Source: Phyllosticta citribraziliensis
Taxonomy: Eukaryota
Direction of reading: 5' to 3'
DNA: 64,000 bases
Assembly (NCBI RefSeq): GCF_038025025.1
Contig: NW_027117347.1
Coordinates: forward strand, 620,001-684,000
The notes below the pieces were generated by a model. That model did no database searches. It saw nothing but the letters and a program-made list of their open reading frames with translations, and had not been told where the DNA came from. Position numbers and translations under genes: made by a program. Each line of letters starts with the position of its first letter. The first letter of the stretch is position 1. Below, piece after piece: positions 11,859-25,125 of the stretch.

Positions 11859-14800
11859 AGCACAAGCATGCTTTTATACCATCCCGTTCCCCAAGAAACA
11901 AATCCCAAAACCGTCCATTCTTGCACGATGAACAAAAAAACGCGAACGTTTACCGATTCGATTTTCTCTTTTCACCAGGCTCTGGCGAGGAACCCCCTCA
12001 ACGACAAGAACATCTAAGACGAGCAGACGAAACTTCGGCCTTGGTATCTCCGCCGCAGCCTGCTGTCCCCGTCACCGCAGTCATTCCCGCAACAACCCCC
12101 AGCAACGCCACAACCCCTTCTCCATGGAAAAGCCCCCTGCGTCGCCTCCAGCGCCATTTTCGTCGCCAAGAGCTTCGGTTTCAAGCCCAAGCCCAAGACC
12201 AAGCCGAACCGCAGTCCCGTAACGCCTCTACTGCCACTGCTGCCAACACGCAGAAAAGGAAAGCAAACGCAAACGCAGCCCCCGTTGCCGCGGCCTGCGC
12301 CAGCAGTGGCATGGACGTGTGGAACCGATGCATATTCTGAGTCTTGGGCTCACAGCCACCCGCGACAACCTCTCCTCCCCGACTTTTCTTCATCTGACAC
12401 CTCGCGCAAGGACTTCAACTTCAACGGCGATGGTGGCGATTTTTGCGCGGTCAATACGACGACTGGCAGCAGGGCCGCCACTGCTACGCGCTGTTGTCGC
12501 TGTCTCTTGCGCAGTGCCATGGCGGCGGAGGCGGCAGCAGCACTACCGGTGGACGACTGCGCGCATGTGGCGCGAGTCGCGACCATCACCGCTTTACCTG
12601 CCGTCTCCACTCCCACTGCTGATGGCTCTTCATCCTCCTCACCATCTCCCGAACCTCTCGAGATTTCCGCGGCTGCCATTACCGAGCGCGAATTGCCTTC
12701 GTTGAGCGGTCTGGGCCGTGGCAACACCTTGATCTCGCTGTGGGTGGCGACGCTTTTCATGACGCTCTTTTGCGATTACGTTTAATGCGGCTTTTTCTCT
12801 CTTTTTGTCATGTTTTCTTTGCGCATATCCAGATTTGGTCACAGTGGTCTTTCACGTGGGATGGTTGGGCTTTTTCTGTCTTGCTTGCTACCTAGATGTG
12901 GCTCAATATATCATCATCATCACTTCAATCACCATCTGCAATATCGTGCTCATTGGTTTTCTTCTGTTGGTCAAGTCCTGCTCAAACCGCTTGTCAACGC
13001 CGCGATAGTTGTTCCATCTTGCTGCCACACCACACATGTCCTTTTTGGGCTTTATCAGCGACGCAGCGTTAGGTCTGCGTGCTCCCCTCCATTCAACGAG
13101 CGTATACCTTCGATAGAGATGTCAAAATCACCAAATTCCTAGTCGCTCTTCGTCCACTTTCACATGACTATCTGTCATCCCACTGAATGACTCCCATCCA
13201 CCCAACCAGGCCTCCTGCCGACCCACCCAGTCGTCCGTTCATTCCATAATCCCAACTGCCGCCATCCCTCCTCCCTCCCTCCTCAGTCCCTCTCTCTCTT
13301 ATCGTCCACTCCCACAAGTCTCGAATCTAGCCTCCCACCCTCTGTCTCACATCCACCCTCCCACCCCTCCACCTTCCTCTTCCCCATACATCCTGCGTCC
13401 AAAGTGCACCTGATGTCGTTCTATGACTATGACTAAGACGCAACGTCTTCTCGTCTTGACCCGACGACGGCGGCCGAGGTCACACCTTCTCCCGCCGCTG
13501 CGGCCCCCGTCTCGTATCCGCCGCTGTTCGCAGCTCTTCGCTCGCGGTGTTCGTTGCATCTCGTCATCTCCTCGAGTCGCTCTTCGCGCCTTCGCTTCTC
13601 CTCTAGGCACTACATACTTGATCACCTTGATGCGCACCGTCCGCCGTGTACACCACTCACTAACTTTGTTGTGCACCGAGTCGTCGTGGAGACTGCTGTG
13701 GGGTAACGAGCGATCTTCAAGGCGATATTGCGGAGAGAAGCGAGGTGTGGCTTCTTCCGTTCTTGCAGATCTGGCCTAGTGACTATGACGCTCCAGAAAG
13801 GAAGAGGAGAGAAAGAGAGGCGGTTGAAAAAGTCGCCGAGATGAAGACTCCACGCGTACGAGATGATGAACAGGATGGCGAGTTGGCTAAACGATCGCAT
13901 CGTCATTGCTTACTGACGACATCACTGGCATCGCACTGCCTCGCCTCGTTGTTGCCAAATCCATATGCTCATGCAAACGCGCAGTCCAGAAGCTCGGGGT
14001 TTGTCGTTGCGCGGATCGACGTGATGGGCAGCGCAGCACTGGACTGCAGACGGCGGGATAGAATAGAGCCGGAGAGGAAAGGGCGCCTGCTCTGCCGTCA
14101 ACTCGCCGATTGCGTTGTTGAAGCCGGAGGACGGCTTTGGTACTGGTGCCGTGGCAGGAGCGCCGACTACACAGGAGAAAGAAATTCGTAGGAGGATCTG
14201 TTCACCTGGAGTGAGAACCAGAGTCAATTAAGCAGTCGATGCTGTAGAACGGGTGGGTACTGCTTGGGATTGCGTGTATATTGAGGAGTCCTGCGAACCG
14301 CATGCATGAGCGTACGTTGACAGACAACGGAGCCAGAGCATTGGTGACTTCGACAGGGCGCCAATCAACATGGCTGCCGCTCAGAGAGAGGTCTAGCTCA
14401 CACGACAGGCAAAGTACAGTAAGACAATGATGTTCGATGCTTTTATGATGAGAAGCTAATGCAATCTTTTGTTAAACAGAACATTCCCCATCCTCTCTAC
14501 AAACAACATATGGGCGAGGAGGAGCGAAGAAAGATTTTGGCTTGACCACAAAACCGGCTCGTCACCGTCCCTGTCAAAGGTACGGGATTCCATCTCGCCA
14601 CCGCCGCCAGCAAGATGTTCTACACCCGAAAAGAAGAGATGAGAAGAAAAAGACGCGCGATTGGAAGAAACAGGCACCATCTGCGACGGCTCATCGGGCT
14701 TCAAGCCATTCGGACCTCGCACTAATGGGTTCGGATACCATGAAAGCGACATTGGAAGTCAGCCGTCGCAGGAGAGACAGATCAACCGAGTTCTTCAAGC

Positions 14801-15661
14801 AGACATAGCGACAAGCCGTGGGGTGCATGAGCCGACCTGGCAAAATACCCGGCGATCGATTGACGGTCTTCTGCCGCAAACGAGACGCACCCCGCAATCC
14901 ACATGCAGACATATCCAGCAGCAGTGCCCGCCGTCTTCGGAAAACTCCTGGTCTGTCTTGGCCGGAAACTTCAAGTGGCGCGAGGATTGTGCCGCGGATG
15001 GGAACCAGGACCGACCGTCTGCGGGAGGAGCCGAGGAAGGAAGAGCTCGGGGGTGCCGCGCCAGATACGATCGGATAAGTTGGGTGGAAGGTGGACGCGT
15101 GGGCCAAGGCAGCAACCAAGGAGGGTTGCGAATTGGGCCACGAGGAGGATGAAGAAGAGCAGTATTGTGGCTGCGGCGGCGTGGGTGGTTGTGGGTATGC
15201 AGGGCCACTTGCCACAAACGGACAGGCAGAGCGAGTGATCGACGACACTCGCATAAGCTTGTGCGTCTTGAGTGCGCCGTTGGCCGAGAAGGGAAATGTG
15301 GCCTGGAAGGTGCGAATGTTTGTCCGACCAAGATTGAAAGACTTCGAGGTTCCGCGGGGTTGTCACGGCCGCTCGGTTGCTGGTAAAGGCCGTACGAAGT
15401 CACGTCTCCTCGTGGCTCTTTGCGACGCGAAGAGGCCCATGGCGTTCCAGGACTTTGCACCTATGATGCTCTAGCCGGAGGCAATACTGCCTATCAATCT
15501 GCATGGCTGTCTGTTTGCATGTCTACTCCGGCCACTCGTCCTGGTAAACAGCCGAGTTGGCTATAGGCCCAAACGAACCATAGACTTAGCGACAACGATT
15601 GGTGAAAGAAGTTCCTCGGTCTTCGCTGGTAGTTTCCTCAATTTGACTGCTCGCCGTCACA

Positions 15662-18079
15662 TCAGACTTTGAGGCCGGTTGATTGAAGGAACAGTTGGCG
15701 CCGGTCTTCCGCCTCCCGGATGATTTCTGCGGACAGCCGAAGACTCGGAGCCAGATGAGCAAGGAGCTCGATCTCGCAAACCACGTCATTGATGATCGCG
15801 TCCATTGAATGCGGGGGTGGCAGAAGTGCCGACAACGAGGGTGACATTGTTGCGCCCATGACCAACAGCGTTTGTGAAACGACCCTGTAAAGCGAAAATC
15901 GTCAGCAAAGCAGCCACTTTGCCGTTCAGAAGCTGGGGTACGTACGAGAGCGCACCTTGCCACAAATATGGAAGGTGTCCAGCGTGGCTGATGAATCTAT
16001 TAGATCTCGCGGACTTGTTACCACATGTGTCGATGAACTTACTGAGCCGAGATGTGCTCCAATTGGCGGATGCAAGCTTCCAAGCAACGTCGGCAGTTCT
16101 CTTGCACCACCACATCCAGCGCGGCAGACTCGTCATTGAGGACCGCCAAAATGTAGGGCCTGAAGATCGCGGTCCGACAGGCAAAGTACCTCAGACGTAA
16201 GACCGTCTGCACCGGGTTGGAAAGCGGAACTCGACTGTGTGGGAACTGAACCGGCAATGGCAGGCCTTCGTACCACTGAGTGAGCTGTAGATCGAGCTCC
16301 GACACCAAGGGCTCGAGCTCTTGTATCGAAGTTGATGAGACGGTCTTTGTGTTGATGAGACGGTTGACGCGATTGAGGATGCGTCGCAGACCAATGTCGG
16401 CGGTGAAATACCACAACTCATCTCTGCCAGCTGGGGCATCTTCGAGCTCCTCTTCGAAACCACCCGGCAGACCAACATTGTCTTCTAATTGCGCTATTCC
16501 GGAGTGAGGAAGATCAAGGTCGGCAAGCAAGTCACTTGACCTGGTTAGCCACTCGATATTGACTCTCATATCTGGTAATGGTCTTACCTCTCAAAAAGAA
16601 GCGTATTCCAAAACACTCTTCCCCCAAGTTCCCTTGCTTGAGGCGACAGTCGGTTGGGTGCCCCCAACAAGAGCTGTAGCTTCATGCTTGCACTCGTCAA
16701 CATGTTCCAAGCATCCAGTGGTCGGACAATGTAGAACAGGTAAGCCGCGGCCAAGAACTGACATTGAGGAGCCAGCACATTGTTCAATGTCAACAGCCCA
16801 GGCAACATATTCCAGGCTGCTGCAAAGTAGTTGATGCCCGGCGGTTCGGTGTTGATTGGTTGCTGAGCCATGCTTCCAGCATTGCTGGCTGCTCCGAGGG
16901 CCAACACAAGAAGGACCATTGTGCATTCGGGCCCCTCGCGCAGTCCCTTGGAAATGGCAGTCCGATAGAATGCTGCCCATGTATTCGGGTTGACGATGGC
17001 ATACCAGACGTTGACGCGTGCGAAGAAGGCGTGGACGTACACGTTGGCGTTGGAAAGATCCAGGCTGATCGTTTTGTTCGAAAAGTTCAAAGGTTCGCGC
17101 GACATTTCGAGTGAGAGCATGACTTGCGGATCATAGTTCCGTGAAACGAGATCCCGAACCAAAGGCCACTGCAGCAGGTTCAAAGCCGAGTCCGCCTGCG
17201 TCTTTGATCCCGTGTTCAAGTCGGAGGAAAATTGGTCACGGCTCCCGAAGCCGTTCAGATTGCTTTGAGACAGCGGGACCATGCCGCTGAGGTTGCCGGA
17301 GTTGTGGGCAAGGATGTCGTCGTTGGTACTGTGGCTTGCAGTTGGAGAGTGGGAAGTGAAGTCGAACAAGTTGCTGACTTGAGGCTGGCAGGAGATGTTG
17401 AAGCGCAGCAATCCCTCGATGCGGTCAAGATGCTCGAGGATTAGCTTGTCGCCAGCATCCAGCTTTATCCCTGGCTCGCGGTAGACACAGTCTGCATTGA
17501 GTTCTGTGCACAGACGGCATCGTGGACGATTACCGTCGCAGCGAGATTTGCGGGAGCGGCAGATCTCACACTGAAAGAGGATGAGTCGACCAGGTTCGTG
17601 GGATATGAATACGGAAGTCTTGTTACACGTACCGCGATGATGGCTCTCCTGCGAGGATAGTCGATAGTATCCGTGCTTGGCCTCTTCTTTGCATTTGATA
17701 CCGAGCCGTGTGGAGTATTGCATGCGGAAACGCCATTGACAATCGACGGATGGGCGTCTCCACCAGCCCGTAAATCTTTGTCGGCACTAGATTGAGACAT
17801 GTTGCGCGGGCGCTTCTTGACAAAACTGCGTCCTGTAGGGCCTGTTGGAGCATATGCGGGGCCACAGGGAGCATTCAAGCTACTGCGAGCCAGGGTATTG
17901 GCATTTGATGAATCCAGTGGATCGGATGAGGACTTGAGCGATGATTTAAGCAAGTGAGAATCGATTTCCGGCAGTGTTCCAAGAGTGAGGCAGAAGTTGT
18001 CGGCCAGGTAATGACCATTCGTGGTCGATGTTGGTGCTGACACCGGGCTGAAGTCTGGGGAGGGAGTGATGGGCGTCAT
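15662..18079 (-). CDS. Zn(II)2Cys6 transcription factor; introns 17632-17571, 16587-16535 (or 16541), 16042-15988, 15945-15885; start uncertain (ATG 18079 or 17800)
   Basis: YPRRRAIIA|CEICRSRKSRCDGNRPRCRLCTELNADCVY binuclear cluster; four canonical introns link the ORFs in frame. Confidence 0.9.
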
Positions 18080-20617
18080 GATTGGTGGGTAGGCCAGGCA
18101 CATTCTCCAGGTACGTCGATGCAGCCGAAGATGGATCCGGTTGTGGCTTGTGTCGTGGTGGGAGTGGTGTTGCGCAGGCGGGGCGTTGGGCAGAAAGGAC
18201 CAAGACAAAGCACTGGAACTGCAGCCGCCTTGTGAGAGAGTGAAACAAAAAGATGGTGGAGTAAATCAGGTGCTTCTAGACGGGGGCCTGGGGATACAGG
18301 GCAAAAGGAATGATGGCACAAGTCTGATATGCCTGGGAATGGGGGTGCCATGTTGTATGTATTTATCCTGGTCTGGCGGTTGACCGAACTGGTGGACTTT
18401 GCCGGCAGTGGTTCTGAACGGAGCATTCCCTCTTCCTTGGGATTCTGGAGGCCTGGACGCATTGAGCAGACAATCTCGTGGCGGTGGCAGCCACGCGGGC
18501 GGCGAGGCGAGCGTGGAGGCGAGCACGGGCAGCAAGCGTCTGCATCCGCGCGGAGAACGGACTCGCCAGGGTAGTGTAATCCGACGCGCTTCGCCGTCAT
18601 CACCATGCCTCCACGAGCAACGCGTTGCGTTGATACGCCAGCAACACGTTGGAATATATTAATGGCCAGACCGACGACCTGGCCGCACCACGCGCTACCC
18701 TGCGCTTATCCGTCTCGCAGGGCGTTTGATTCGGTCGTGGCAGCACCTAGGCCGCCAACCCGTTGCACCGCAGCCGCGATGACAACCCACGCAGGTCTGC
18801 GGAGTGGAGGCCAGGCAGACCAATGTCTGTTGGTGGTTGGGTCCTTAAGAACAAGGTGTTCCTGGCTTTTTGACAGCTCTTCGACCTTGCGACCCACCCC
18901 AAGTCCACATCATGCCGCTGTTGTAGAACCACCGTTGCAGATGTTGAAACTTTCATCTCCGACTTTGCGTGGAAGCGCTCGCTTTCTACTGTCCCTTTTC
19001 GTGCTTGAGAGTGGCTCGTCGGTCTCCAAATCCAGGGAGTTGATGCTCGGAGTCGCCCCAAAATAGGTGTGTCAACAGATCATCTTGGAAATCCAGGTTA
19101 CTCGATTGCACGTCTGACCCAGAGGAACCCTGCTTGGAGGCGGATGAGATTTTGACCTGACCTGTGAGGAACCACGACCTCAGAGCTCTGGATATTTGGT
19201 GTGCCTGCTGAGAGCCCGTTGAGCTTGTTCGTCTGAGCGTCAAGAGCCCGTGTGACGCTGTGAATTAGCCTTTGTCGTAGCAAATGCTTGCAGCTCGGCT
19301 CCGTTTGAAGGAGCAGGGAAATCCAACGTCCTTCGCGTGAGGTTCTGCTACTTGACGTGGGAGTGGGAGAGCCGGACTTGTCTAAGAATACCCATTCCCC
19401 AAGGATCCCTCCCACCTACCGGACGTTGGGCACGATGCAGATCCGATCGACATGCGCAGGCCTAGAAGTCTGTCAGACTTGTTGCTCCTTCGGTAACACT
19501 CGCAGCGGAGGCCCCTCTTGAAGACCGGTCAGCCCAACGTCTGCTTTTGAGTGGCTTGCGAGCTGACGACGAGGGGGTTAGCCAGGTACGCGCCTGCACC
19601 GACGTTTGCAGGTGCTGTTGTGAACCGATCGGGCACCGATCGTACTACTGCGTCTCCAATTGGTGTGCATCCGACGTTTGCTGCCGTGCTTCCCATGGCG
19701 CTTGGATCGTTGCTGATGTATGACAATGGCGTTCAAAGCCAGCCAGTCTTGTTCAAGCTCTTTTTGACAAGAAACGTGCATGCATTGACGTACGTGAAAC
19801 TAGGATCGCGGAAGAGGGAACATGTGGTAGGTGCAATGTCCAGACCGAAAATGACCGGCACAGGTGGTAGCAGAGGTCGTTGACGGAGCCAGAGTAGAAG
19901 CCGAGGGGTTGGTAATGCATAGGGCCAGAATGATTGGTTCATAAGCCTGTGTCAAGCTTATCAAGAACACTGCATAAATGAAGAACCAATTCCTGAGCTT
20001 GAAAAAAGAAAACAACTAATAAAGGGAGTGGACGTGCTTGGTTCAATTTGTTTGGCAAGCCTCACAGTTGGGAATGAGGCCAGGTTAAACTTAGATGTCT
20101 CTTAGCACAGCCACAGGGACTGCACATGGTTTTGAAATCCCGAGCTCTGATTGAAGTGGGTGTAGAAGGCTTCAAATGGAGCCCAAGTGTCTTGGTCCCG
20201 GCCCCATGGCGAAGGACCGACGAGGGAGAAAGTTCGGGTCCCTAAGGAAACTTCTTCATGGAAGGAAGGTGCGGTAGTGGTTTGCATCACCGACTCTCGG
20301 GAAGTTTGATTCCGTGATCCAGGCAATGAGCCGTCAAACGACGCGGCGAGGCTTTCCGTAAACATCACGGAGGCTTCTGGTAAGCGCTATTCAGCTGTTA
20401 GTGTCAGAGAAGCTGCGAGACGGGTACCTGCCTTTGTTCGCTTGGATGCAGTGTGCCGTTTCTACAGGCAAAGTTGTTTTGCAAAGCATCTTGCAAAGCC
20501 TTCGCTGGATCAAGGAGCATTCCTCCCTTCGGTCGCTTATACACGAAAGGCTGCCAAGGCCCGAACTACCCTTTGTCCTACCTAGCTGAACCACAAGAAC
20601 GGCATACGGATCTCACT

Positions 20618-21262
20618 ATGAGCGACGAGAACCGCAAGCCTCGCCGTCCAAGCCAGGATGTTGCAGGGTCTCAACCTGCTGGCCAAGGAGGCAAAGACTT
20701 ACCGGCTGTGGAGCCCAAGGTGGTCAATCAAGAGGTGACCAGAAGCCTGAATCTTATGTTGGCTCGCATAGCTGATCTGCCAGGATGGGCTGATGCCAAC
20801 GGCTGAGAATATTATTCGCTCGGCCTTGTCCGCGACTGGGCTGTACTCCGAGCGAAAGGCTGGTGCAGAGGTAAGGCTTAGTCGACATATCCTGGGTAGC
20901 GTACTCATGGTTTTGAACAGGGCTCGAACAAACGGTCGCCAAAAGACGCGGCGAAGACTACTGGTGCCCAGATAGCTGAAGCCACGACTGCCGCTGCCGA
21001 AACCGTTTCGAAGGCCGTGAAGGAGGTCGGAACAGCAGTGTCAGACTCCGCACACAAGGCCAGCGAGAATTTGGAGAAGGAGGACGATTCTCTTGGTCCT
21101 TACGGAAGCCCAGCGACATGCGTTCCCAGCGACATCGATCCCATCGCCGAAGTCGTCCACACTGGGCTTGACCTCAGACAGGATAATAACGACGGAGGCG
21201 AGAATGGCAGGGCCAACATTTCGGACAAGCCCAACGGCAAAGGCAATGGCAAGCCAGAGTAA
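20618..21262 (+). CDS. Hydrophilic hypothetical protein; exons 20618-20734, 20784-20870, 20921-21262
   Basis: Two phase-0 GT-AG introns join three separate ORFs into one continuous frame. Confidence 0.6.
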
Positions 21263-21900
21263 TTGTGCAGAGTTGAAGATGGAGTGGACAGAGGTCAACG
21301 ATGGTGTGAATCGGGCGGCCAGGCAGCTTTTCAAGCAATCCGTTCGTTCTGGGTACTGGCTAAGTATGTCATCAATACATGATATTCAAATCGGTCCCAG
21401 TCTGTTGGTGCTCATGTTGCAGGCCTAGAAGGAAGGAAGGAAGACGGAAACAGCCACGTTCGACAGGATCTTGCAAGGTGAGTTGACAATCATGGGATAT
21501 ATCGACCGAGGGCGTGACGCTTGGAGAGCACTCAGGGCTGAAGAGCTCGTTGAGCTCGTTGAGCATCGTGAGGGCGGCTTTCTTCGTGAAGTTCGCGGCT
21601 CGTGGGATCCAAACATCCGGAGTAGAGTCAACATGAGGGGCACTGAATTGGTCCGTGAGAGCTGCGGACGATAGCGAATGACGCAAAGGATCAGGACAAG
21701 TGGTTCATGGCAATAAGAAAATGAAGGGACGAAAGTGTCGCTACGGGTGCGCAAGCGGGACGGAAGCCTTTCCGCACCGATGAAAATGCACGGGCCCCAT
21801 GTCGGCGCCCTAGACGCCGACCAGCCAGGGCCTCGTCTACTTTTTTCCTACGCGCAGTTCTGCGACACAACCACACGCTATCCTGTCTAACGCTTTGAAA

Positions 21901-23882
21901 ATGGGAAAAAGAACCCGCAATGAAAGCGCCGTTGCCGATGGGCACCCGGAGCCCAAAAAGACTCGCACCGAGACCGGCGACGCGGCCACTGACGTCGTGT
22001 CGCAGGAAGTGAAAGGCGCAGCATCCCAGAAGAAGTCGAAGAAGTCGAGCAAAAGCGAAAAGAAGGACTCCAAGAAGGCTGACAAGTCCGAAACCTCCAA
22101 GGAGCCCAAAGAAGAAAAGTACAAGAGAGGAAAGGAGTCGAGGGAACAAAAGAGATCGGAGAAGGAGCGCAGAATAGAGGCCGGCGAGGTTGACCTCGAG
22201 ACACAAGACGCAGAAGCTGCTGCAAAGCAGGCCAAGAAGGAGGCAAAGCGAGCCGCAAAGGCAGCCAAGGAACATACTGAAAATGATGCCGAAGCTGAGA
22301 AGAAGGCCAAGAAGGCTGAGAAGGCGGCTCGAAAGGCCGCGAAGAAGTCTGGCAAGAAGGCTGAAGAGAACGGTGCTGAAGACACGGTCATGGAGGATGC
22401 TCCTGTCGAAGCCAATGGCGATGCTTCTCCGGCTTCGAATGGCGACGCCACATCTGGATACGTTCAAGCCGCCGCACTCTCAGCGCTGCCCCAGTCTGAG
22501 ATTGACGCCTTCTTGTCGAAGCACTTCATCACCATTACCGATCCCTTGAAGACCGCCTCGAAATTCCGCCCGATCGTTTCGTTCGCCCATCTTCCCGTCA
22601 CAGATGAATCTTTGCGCGCTCCCTTTGCTAGCTTCTCTGCTCCCACACCCATACAAGCCGCGGCATGGCCGGCCCTGTTCACGGGCAGGGACATGATTGG
22701 AGTCGCAGAGACTGGTTCTGGCAAGACCCTGGGCTTCGGTGTCCCTTGCGTACGCCACATTACTTCGCTGCCGAAGAAGGACCAAAAGGGTGTCAAGGCG
22801 GTCATTGTGTCGCCCACGCGCGAACTTGCGTGCCAGATTCATGAGCAGATTGACAAGCTGGCGGGTCCAGCTGGGCTCAAGACCGTCTGCGTCTACGGCG
22901 GTGTTCCCAAGGATGACCAGCGCGCTGCGCTCAAGAAGGCCACCATCCTTGTGGCCACTCCCGGCCGTCTGAACGACTTCATCGACGAAGGCGCCGCGGA
23001 CATCAGCAAGGCCGACTTTGTGGTCCTTGATGAGGCTGACCGCATGCTCGACAAGGGTTTCGAAGACGCGATCAAGAAAATCATCAGCAGCACTCGTCCT
23101 CTGAACGAGCGTCAGACTCTGATGTTTACTGCAACATGGCCCAAGTCCGTCCAGGAGCTCGCTGCGACCTTTATGAAGTCTCCCGTTAAGATCATGATTG
23201 GAGAGAACGCATCTGGAGAGCTGCGCGCCAACACGCGCATCTCGCAAACAGTCGAGGTCATCGAGCCGTGGGGCAAGGAGCACAGGCTGATTGAGTTGCT
23301 CAAAGAGCACCAAGCTGGTTCAAAGAAAAACGACCGTATCCTGGTCTTCGCGCTGTACAAGAAGGAAGCCACGCGCATCGAGAACCTCATCCGCAACAAG
23401 GGCTTCAGGGTCGCAGGCATCCACGGCGACCTTGGACAGGCGCAGCGCACTGCTAGTCTGGACAAGTTTAAGAAGGGCGAGGTGTCTCTACTCGTGGCGA
23501 CTGATGTCGCTGCCCGCGGTCTCGACATTCCTGACGTCAAGGTCGTCATCAACAACACTTTCCCGCTGACGGCCGAGGACTACGTGCACCGCATCGGTCG
23601 AACCGGTCGTGCCGGCGCGGATGGAAAGGCGATCACGCTTTTCACGGAGCACGACAAGGCGCTGGCTGGAGCGTAAGTGCCGATCCCGAGTACCATTTTT
23701 GCAAAACTTGCTAACGAACCTACAGCCTCGTCAACGTCCTCAAGGGCGCCAATCAGCCCGTTCCTGAAGATCTGATGAAGTTTGGCACGACGGTTAAGAA
23801 GAAGGCCCACGACGCATACGGTGCCTTCTACAAGGACCCGGCGGACATGAAGGAGGCCACAAAGATTACCTTTGACGACTGA
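21901..23882 (+). CDS. DBP3: DEAD-box RNA helicase Dbp3 (60S biogenesis); intron 23673-23725
   Basis: Lys/Glu-rich N-terminus, [31 protein letters not shown], Dbp3-type tail [19 protein letters not shown]...TKITFDD. Confidence 0.95.
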
Positions 23883-24567
23883 GTCGTCTGTCTAGAGCGT
23901 AGATACCCCGACGTCGCAGGGTAGAAAGGGAAGATGGGAAAGATGGGTGTTGTCCAAATTTTATTCAAAGGCGCAATGAATTGGCTTGAATCGGGAATCG
24001 CAAAAGTTTTAAGTGGTTTTAGAGAAGAGAAGGCTTCATCAAGACGGCACTGTGTTAGATATGCTGCTCATAGAAGGCATTCATCTTGGGGAGAGCAGGA
24101 GAACCAGGGTCGAGATTGGACCGAAAACCCACCTGTTCTGTAACAATACTGCCTCTGCATATCCACTTGTAGCTTGCACATAAATCTAGCCTCACATTTT
24201 CGCCTCCAAAAGATGTCCATTCAAATGTGAAAGGGGGCAACGCGCGGAATATAAAACGAGACGAAGCCGTGGACGGCGACCTCTCGCCCGCCCGCGCAAT
24301 CGGCGACCACGGGCAGCCAATCACGTCTGGACCCCAAACTCGCGCCAAGTGGACTACCGCTCGCTGTAGGTCTACAAGAGCTGAGTTGCTCCCCATACTG
24401 AGTCGACAAAGTCCCGTTCTTCGACTTGATCGGCACGTTTACGATTGCAACGAATTCTTCGCCAACAGCTCCCAAGCTTTCCAGGAAAGCGCTTGTTTCG
24501 GAGATACGCACGCCTCTCAGTCTACATACTTGCCTATTACCTGTCAAGTCACGACAACACCAACGAA

Positions 24568-25125
24568 ATGTGCAAAAAGGCGACTTGCGATACGTGCCGT
24601 ACGTCTCTCCCTCCTGCCCTTCCGACCCCGTCGCTTTAGCAGGAGTGCCTCGAGCTGGAGAGTCGCGACTTGGTCTACAGCGCATATGATCTACGGATAC
24701 TCAACAGAACAAAGAGCTGACAGAGCGATCGCAGACAAGACGACTTGGTGGGGCTGTACGTAACCCCAACTTCTACCTTTGCACCAGTCTCGCGACCTCC
24801 CCCCCTTCAACTGGATGACCACTCTCTCTTCAACTTCTCGACTTCAAATGCTGCATCCCACCATCCCACCATCCGCCTGCCAGCCTTCTACACAGCGCAT
24901 CTATCCTTCCACTGCATCGCCCAACCCCTGCCCCCATCAAGCCCCCCACACCCTTCTCATCGTACCAAAATCCACTAACCTCACCCGTTTTTGTAACGAA
25001 CAGGCGGCAACCACATCCCGAGCGTCATGACCAACGTGCCAGAAGATGAGTGGTGCGGCTGCGATCCCAAGGTCGAGGTCGACGGCAAGCAGTACCCGCC
25101 CAAGGGGTCCGTGGCGGCGGCCTGA
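24568..25125 (+). CDS. 57-aa Cys/His-rich microprotein MCKKATCDTCHKTTWWGCGNHIPSVMTNVPEDEWCGCDPKVEVDGKQYPPKGSVAAA; exons 24568-24598, 24735-24755, 25004-25125
   Basis: Two GTACGT donors, branch points GCTGAC and ACTAAC, CAG acceptors; the 174-nt spliced frame is open and ends in TGA. Confidence 0.85.

Noticed and set aside
13347..14227. Short ORFs on both strands, one with a hydrophobic N-terminus (13622-13906, minus)
   Set aside because: No homology cues, codon bias or consistent splice model
14542..15474. Three same-frame plus-strand ORFs separated by single stops (possible pseudogene)
   Set aside because: No recognisable protein family; open frames on both strands fit high GC content
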